Below, piece by piece: positions 26,927-31,472 of a stretch of 31,472 nucleotides of DNA. The translations under genes and the position numbers were made by a program. This DNA comes from a virus (lineage: Duplodnaviria > Caudoviricetes). The notes beneath the pieces were generated by a model that searched no databases, had not been told where the DNA came from, and saw nothing but the letters and a program-made list of their open reading frames with translations. The stretch lies in the IMG/VR virus record IMGVR_UViG_3300017778_001461, positions 1 to 31,472 of that record, one strand, 5' to 3'. Each line of letters starts with the position of its first letter. The first letter of the stretch is position 1.

Positions 26927-28233
26927 TAGTCTACTTTTTTTAATTTAGGAAGTTCTATTTTCTTTAATTTAGGCAATTGTAATTGAGCAGTTACAGACTT
27001 AGGAATTCTATTAAAATGTTCCTTAATTAACTGTTTCATATTGTCGAAACTAAACTGATCTTTAGACTTCTTAGATTGTTTTTTTGCAAGCTCTTGATAC
27101 TTGTCGTATTTATTATACACATCTTTTAAGTAGTGTTTAGCTTGATCAATATTTGGACTAAACCATTTAGCGTCCTTTAATATGATTCCTGGTACATGTG
27201 TAGATGGATGCGTATCTTTAAGTTCACCTCCTATTTGACATGTGAACTCTTTATCAAGAAAGTCAGTGTGTCCTGACCAACCTGATACTATAATAGGCTT
27301 TTTAGTAAGAGAAAACTCAAGAAGTGGTCTACCAAAACCTTCACCTTTAGTTAGATTGATCATTGCTTTAACTTTACCATGATTGTAAAGGTAGTTAATG
27401 TCTTTGTCATCTAACTCACCATGTAGTAAATAGACATTAGGAAGTTTACCTTTTACCTGAGACTTTATATTATCTATCTTTTTTAGCATTTCATTACGAT
27501 CCATAACACTAGAACCAGCGCCAGATGTTTTGATAATGAGAGCAGGTTTTTTCTTTTTGTCCTTAAATGTTTCTAAGAATGTTTTAAGCATTAGACTAAC
27601 ATTTTTTCTATCCTCGCCAATTTCACCTTGGAGCCAATGTCCTACAAACAAAAAGCAAAACTCTTCATTGATTTCATCTAACTCTTGAACTAGATCAGTA
27701 TCTTCAAGATCGTTATCATCTAAGAAAAAGTATTTATTAAGATCAGCACCTTCAAACAATACTTCAATAGGCTTTTCTATTTTTATGTCCTGAATAATTT
27801 GATTGGTATTCTTATCTTTCTTTTGATAAGCTGTTTGTTCAAAAACTGTTTTTGCATGATTTGAAGATACTAGAGTGATATTCATTCTGTTCACTCCTTC
27901 TATCCATGTAGGATCGCATGCTGTAGTTTCTATACCAGCAGTTACTCCTATATTATAAGTACCTACTGGTTGGAATTCATTAGGAACTGTTATTTGGATC
28001 CAAATGTCTGGTTTTTTATTTAATTGACTATTGATCATTGGTGATACCCAACCCCATTCATCAATGTTGTCAGTAATATATCCCCAAGGAGTTGATCCCC
28101 ATCTTTGGCTCAATATCATAAAATCATATTCATCTTTCTTAACCTCGTATAAGGCTTTAAAGAAATCTCTAGCTCTGGCGCCATAGCCAGAATATGTATC
28201 AATGGGACAAGATATAACACAAAACTGTTTCAT
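26926..28233 (-). CDS. Glycosyltransferase family 4 (GT-B)
   Basis: SGYG, FLFVGHW, DRKN, KGEGFGRPLLEF, WSGHTDF. Confidence 0.9.
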   Translation of the reverse strand: MKQFCVISCPIDTYSGYGARARDFFKALYEVKKDEYDFMILSQRWGSTPWGYITDNIDEWGWVSPMINSQLNKKPDIWIQITVPNEFQPVGTYNIGVTAGIETTACDPTWIEGVNRMNITLVSSNHAKTVFEQTAYQKKDKNTNQIIQDIKIEKPIEVLFEGADLNKYFFLDDNDLEDTDLVQELDEINEEFCFLFVGHWLQGEIGEDRKNVSLMLKTFLETFKDKKKKPALIIKTSGAGSSVMDRNEMLKKIDNIKSQVKGKLPNVYLLHGELDDKDINYLYNHGKVKAMINLTKGEGFGRPLLEFSLTKKPIIVSGWSGHTDFLDKEFTCQIGGELKDTHPSTHVPGIILKDAKWFSPNIDQAKHYLKDVYNKYDKYQELAKKQSKKSKDQFSFDNMKQLIKEHFNRIPKSVTAQLQLPKLKKIELPKLKKVD

Positions 28234-28234
28234 A

Positions 28235-29680
28235 TTAATATACTAATGGGTGTAGAATTTTATTTTTAGGTAACTTTTGCTCTGTTTTAATCAGTTCAAA
28301 TTTTTTTCTAGGTTTAAATTTAGCGAATGTCTCTTCTATTGATTCAATGACATTATTGCACATGTGTTCTGCACTCATCATTGACTCTTTAGATAGAACC
28401 CACTCTCTAGCCTTCATGCCTCGCCTCTCTCTTTCTTCTATTGGCATATTATAAACATGCTCTAGTTTCTCTGCTGCATCTATGAAGCTACAACGATCAT
28501 CTAATATGTAAGGAGTTGGGATAGATCCAACTATGCTTTGATTAGTTGGAAATAATGGAATAGCCCATTCACCACACTCTTTATATGTACCATAATGGTT
28601 AGAACAGAATTTATCATTAAAGTCAATCCACTTACCGTTATTATCTACAAACCTCATTTGATCTTGCATACCTCCGGTTACATTTCCCATGATCATTTTA
28701 CCACACATCATACCTTCAGTTAGACTAAGACCCCAACCTTCATTAGAAGACATTAAGATAACTAGATCTGACATATTGTAAAGTAAGTTAACCTCTTCAG
28801 AAGATACTCTTGAATCAGAGAAATATACCTTTTGATATTCTGGGTCACATAGTAGATCTATAACAGCTTCTAAGTCTGTGCCATTTTCATCTTGCCTTTG
28901 CGTATGAAGTACTAATGCACACTCAGATGCTTTTTCTTTACCTATTTTATCACAGAATAGTGCATATGCTGCAATAGTATCTGCAGTACATTTACGTCTA
29001 ATATTTCTAGAGTTATAGAAGACAACAAAGTCTGGATTAAAATCGCCAAAGATCTGTTTCTTTTTATCATCCAACTTCTCGTTATCTGTTTTCATGAATT
29101 CAGTAATAGGAAAGAATATCTTTTCATTAATACCATGAGGTACATACTTAATAATCTTATCCTTAGCCTTGTTACCAAGAACTAACCTATTAATATTCTG
29201 CGTTTGTTTAGAGATCGCCATCAATGTATCACAAGACTCATAATATGCCTTGTTATATAATGGAGCTGGCAGATCATCCCATATATTCAAATAAATCATT
29301 GGTATTTTCCTACGTATTTCATTTTCCATTTGAAATAACCATATCCAATATCTAGGGTCAGTAAAGAACATGATAGCATGAGGTTTCTCCGCGTCTATCA
29401 ATTGTCTAACTAACTCTGGTGTACCATAACCAGCAATTGGGTATATATAAACACTAGCATCAGAAATTCCAGTAACACGACTAGTGTCTTGTGAAATGTC
29501 TAATCGTTTACCTTGATCTGGATGGTTAATGGCCGCTCCTAAATTAACCCAATTGTATTTATGAGATGTTCCTACTACTATCTCTCTAGCCATTGTAGAG
29601 ATTCCACTTGTCATTCTAATGTCATCACAGAGTAAAAGAATCTTTTTTCTTTTAGCTTGTGGAATATAACCATTTGCCAT
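28235..29680 (-). CDS. Glycosyltransferase family 4 (GT-B)
   Basis: YVPHGI, RNIRRK, LYNMSD, NEGWGLSLTEGMMCG, TGGMQDQ. Confidence 0.9.
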   Translation of the reverse strand: MANGYIPQAKRKKILLLCDDIRMTSGISTMAREIVVGTSHKYNWVNLGAAINHPDQGKRLDISQDTSRVTGISDASVYIYPIAGYGTPELVRQLIDAEKPHAIMFFTDPRYWIWLFQMENEIRRKIPMIYLNIWDDLPAPLYNKAYYESCDTLMAISKQTQNINRLVLGNKAKDKIIKYVPHGINEKIFFPITEFMKTDNEKLDDKKKQIFGDFNPDFVVFYNSRNIRRKCTADTIAAYALFCDKIGKEKASECALVLHTQRQDENGTDLEAVIDLLCDPEYQKVYFSDSRVSSEEVNLLYNMSDLVILMSSNEGWGLSLTEGMMCGKMIMGNVTGGMQDQMRFVDNNGKWIDFNDKFCSNHYGTYKECGEWAIPLFPTNQSIVGSIPTPYILDDRCSFIDAAEKLEHVYNMPIEERERRGMKAREWVLSKESMMSAEHMCNNVIESIEETFAKFKPRKKFELIKTEQKLPKNKILHPLVY

Positions 29681-29687
29681 TTGTAAC

Positions 29688-29906
29688 TTATTTTATTGCT
29701 TCAATTAAAGTTGATCCTGTATAATACGTGTTGTATTGCTGGTGTAAATTATGCCTAAAATATGAATCTGTTAAATACATAAACATAGCTCTTTCAACTA
29801 TATCTTGTAGACTCATTTTAGTTTTTATTGACGTTACCTTAAAATCCTCGTATAGAATTTCCGGTATTTTTACCGATGTTATAACCCTCTTTGATTTATT
29901 TAGCAT
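29688..29906 (-). CDS. Ribbon-helix-helix-like small DNA-binding protein
   Basis: ITSVKIPEILYEDFK...MSLQDIVERAMFMYL: beta-strand followed by two helices. Confidence 0.65.
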   Translation of the reverse strand: MLNKSKRVITSVKIPEILYEDFKVTSIKTKMSLQDIVERAMFMYLTDSYFRHNLHQQYNTYYTGSTLIEAIK

Positions 29907-29920
29907 ATTTCTATTTTATA

Positions 29921-29928
29921 ATAAATAT
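29921..29928 (-). promoter_or_regulatory. Putative phage promoter element ATATTTAT heading the glycan operon
   Basis: TATATTTATT, 14 nt upstream of ATG 29906 in a 61-nt AT-rich gap. Confidence 0.5.
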
Positions 29929-29967
29929 ATTAGAATATACAAATAAATACGTAAATAAAAAAATATT

Positions 29968-30873
29968 TTAAACTTTTTTATCGCAAAGATCAGGTTTATT
30001 TGCGTAAGGACAAAACTTACAATTACTAGTGTTCTTTATATAGAGTCTGTCTGCATTATACTTAGCATTAGGAGTAAAGCATTCTCGTATAAAAGTAGAG
30101 AGATCATCTATAGCTTCCTGTACTTTTCTTTTTCCATTAGCCGGTATGAATTCTTGTATTCTATATGAAGGATAGTCAGGATGACTAAACACTTTTCTTT
30201 TTACTATAAAGAACATAACGTCAACTTTATCCTCAGGAACATTCATTACTTTAGAATAAAATCTTTTGTAAAGTAAGATCTGATTGATTTTAGTCTGATC
30301 TTTCTTTTCATAATCAGTCCATCCTTTTGTGCTTGTCTTTATGTCATAGATAGTATACTTCTCTAATATCTTATCATAGATAATAAAGTCAATAGAACCA
30401 TTCATAAGAACATTAGGAATATCTTCTAATACTGGTTGTAGAATAGGTATCTCAATACCAACTAGCTCAGTATTTTTTTTAGAAAAGTACTTACCTCTAT
30501 TTTTCTTAAACCAGTCTAATGTAAGTTGGCCATCAGATAAAAACTCTTTTAACTCTTCTTTAGTGCTAAAATGTTGATTTTTATTTTCACCTATACTCTC
30601 TTTATAAGTAGCTACTATCCTATCCTCTAATAACTTATTCATGTCTATTTCATCAGCAGCTTTAACAGACTTATCATACATTGTTTGCAGGTACGTCTGA
30701 ATAGTTTCGTGCATTGCTGTGCCATATACCAAATAGATAGACGGCTTAAAACTAGACTCCTTTTTAATATAACTTAGATACCATTGAAATTGGCATTGCT
30801 TATATATAGAATATTGTGAATAGGATACTGCCTTTTGATATGCCCAATTAATATTGATTTTAGGTTTAGGCAT
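29968..30873 (-). CDS. Cas4/RecB-like PD-(D/E)XK exonuclease
   Basis: SYSQ...C, GTAMHE, GSID...YDIKTS, QILLY, C-terminal CKFCPY...C (Fe-S-type cysteines). Confidence 0.88.
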   Translation of the reverse strand: MPKPKININWAYQKAVSYSQYSIYKQCQFQWYLSYIKKESSFKPSIYLVYGTAMHETIQTYLQTMYDKSVKAADEIDMNKLLEDRIVATYKESIGENKNQHFSTKEELKEFLSDGQLTLDWFKKNRGKYFSKKNTELVGIEIPILQPVLEDIPNVLMNGSIDFIIYDKILEKYTIYDIKTSTKGWTDYEKKDQTKINQILLYKRFYSKVMNVPEDKVDVMFFIVKRKVFSHPDYPSYRIQEFIPANGKRKVQEAIDDLSTFIRECFTPNAKYNADRLYIKNTSNCKFCPYANKPDLCDKKV

Positions 30874-31139
30874 TAGTTCTTTTTACCTCCAATTACGGTC
30901 CTAATCTTCTGGAGGTACAGAATAGCATCCATATGTTCTTCAAGAGCGGCTTCAATCCATTGATCTAATGACCAATCTTCACGATCTAGTGTAGTACCAT
31001 ATTTTGCTTTGCCTACTCTAGAACGGTCAATAAACTTGTCTACAATAGAATCTACAATAGAATCTGCTTTGAGTACAATCCTGCTGTTTTCATCTTTATA
31101 TTCAGTGATCTTTCCGTAAATGTCTTTATTCTTGCTCAT
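30873..31139 (-). CDS. Small all-alpha NTP pyrophosphohydrolase (MazG-like) candidate
   Basis: R..VG..KYGTTLDR...W...ALEEHMDAILY: EExxD acidic helix typical of MazG-like folds. Confidence 0.5.
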   Translation of the reverse strand: MSKNKDIYGKITEYKDENSRIVLKADSIVDSIVDKFIDRSRVGKAKYGTTLDREDWSLDQWIEAALEEHMDAILYLQKIRTVIGGKKN

Positions 31140-31365
31140 TCTTAGTTAATTCTTTAGGGTAAAACTCTTTGTTAACATGTCCACACTTTGTACACACAAA
31201 TGTAGCAATTGGCATAATACCATCTTGTTGATCACCAGTTAAAAACTTACTAACTTTACGTAACATTAGTGCCTCTTGGAATGTAGTGCATCCGCATTCT
31301 TCACAAGAAATTGGTGCTGTCTTGTCTAACGGAATGTTGACCCTAACTTGTTTCTGTTGTTGCAT
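31126..31365 (-). CDS. Zn-ribbon protein
   Basis: CEECG...F...CTKCGH. Confidence 0.75.
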   Translation of the reverse strand: MQQQKQVRVNIPLDKTAPISCEECGCTTFQEALMLRKVSKFLTGDQQDGIMPIATFVCTKCGHVNKEFYPKELTKNEQE

Positions 31366-31366
31366 T

Positions 31367-31471
31367 TTATTGTTGTTTATGTTGCCAATAGATATCTCTT
31401 ACTTTACCACCTAACTCTTGATCATTAGGAGTCTTACATATTATGTTTTCTGGAATTATTATATGACTACG
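31367..31471 (-). CDS. 3' end of a small phage protein (PNDxELG family), partial
   Basis: Manual translation ...RSHIIIPENIICKTPNDQELGGKVRDIYWQHKQQ*. Confidence 0.65.
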   Translation of the reverse strand, partial: RSHIIIPENIICKTPNDQELGGKVRDIYWQHKQQ

Positions 31472-31472
31472 A

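Noticed and set aside
8997-29680. Bacterial O-antigen or capsule locus
   Set aside because: It lacks export and polymerisation genes, contains phage-type hypothetical genes internally (26134-26926) and is flanked by phage genes on both sides.
1107-29946. Plus-strand ORFs in the track (e.g. 1107-1340, 6098-6493, 24278-24565, 29728-29946)
   Set aside because: All lie antisense to well-supported minus-strand genes and have no recognisable motifs, so they are treated as shadow ORFs.
29968-30873. CRISPR-Cas locus
   Set aside because: Only a solitary Cas4-like nuclease; no repeat-spacer array or other cas genes seen.
1-31472. Stop-codon reassignment; tRNA or rRNA genes
   Set aside because: Known enzymes are full length under the standard code with TAA, TAG and TGA all used as stops; the few intergenic gaps show no cloverleaf features.

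Overview
AT-rich window with about 45 densely packed genes, all on the minus strand, using the standard genetic code. It reads as part of a large tailed-phage genome. The host is probably a Bacteroidota member, inferred from the lack of Shine-Dalgarno sites, A-rich leaders and TAnnTTT-like promoter motifs. The left part (1-8975) holds small phage-type hypothetical genes, including a DksA/TraR-like Zn finger, a holin-like protein, two HExxH zincins, a SWIM protein and a degenerate HNH protein. Two arrays of these small genes are headed by copies of a ~190-bp intergenic repeat (2741-2933 and 6951-7143) carrying a promoter-like motif and palindromes. The centre and right (8997-29906) form a ~21-kb, largely translationally coupled glycan operon headed by a small ribbon-helix-helix gene. 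It encodes about eight glycosyltransferase-type proteins, two FkbM methyltransferase domains and NDP-sugar enzymes (RmlB-like, DdhC/RfbH-type 3-dehydrase, Fcl-like, RfbE-like, two further SDRs). It also encodes a ThDP enzyme plus DmpF and DmpG. The best reading of that trio is biosynthetic rather than catabolic: DmpFG would make 4-hydroxy-2-oxovalerate, and the YerE-like ThDP enzyme would graft it onto a 3,6-dideoxy-4-keto NDP-sugar to give an erwiniose-type C4-branched higher sugar. The right end has a Cas4-like PD-(D/E)XK nuclease, a MazG-like small protein and a Zn-ribbon protein. All assignments come from motif reading by eye, not database searches.
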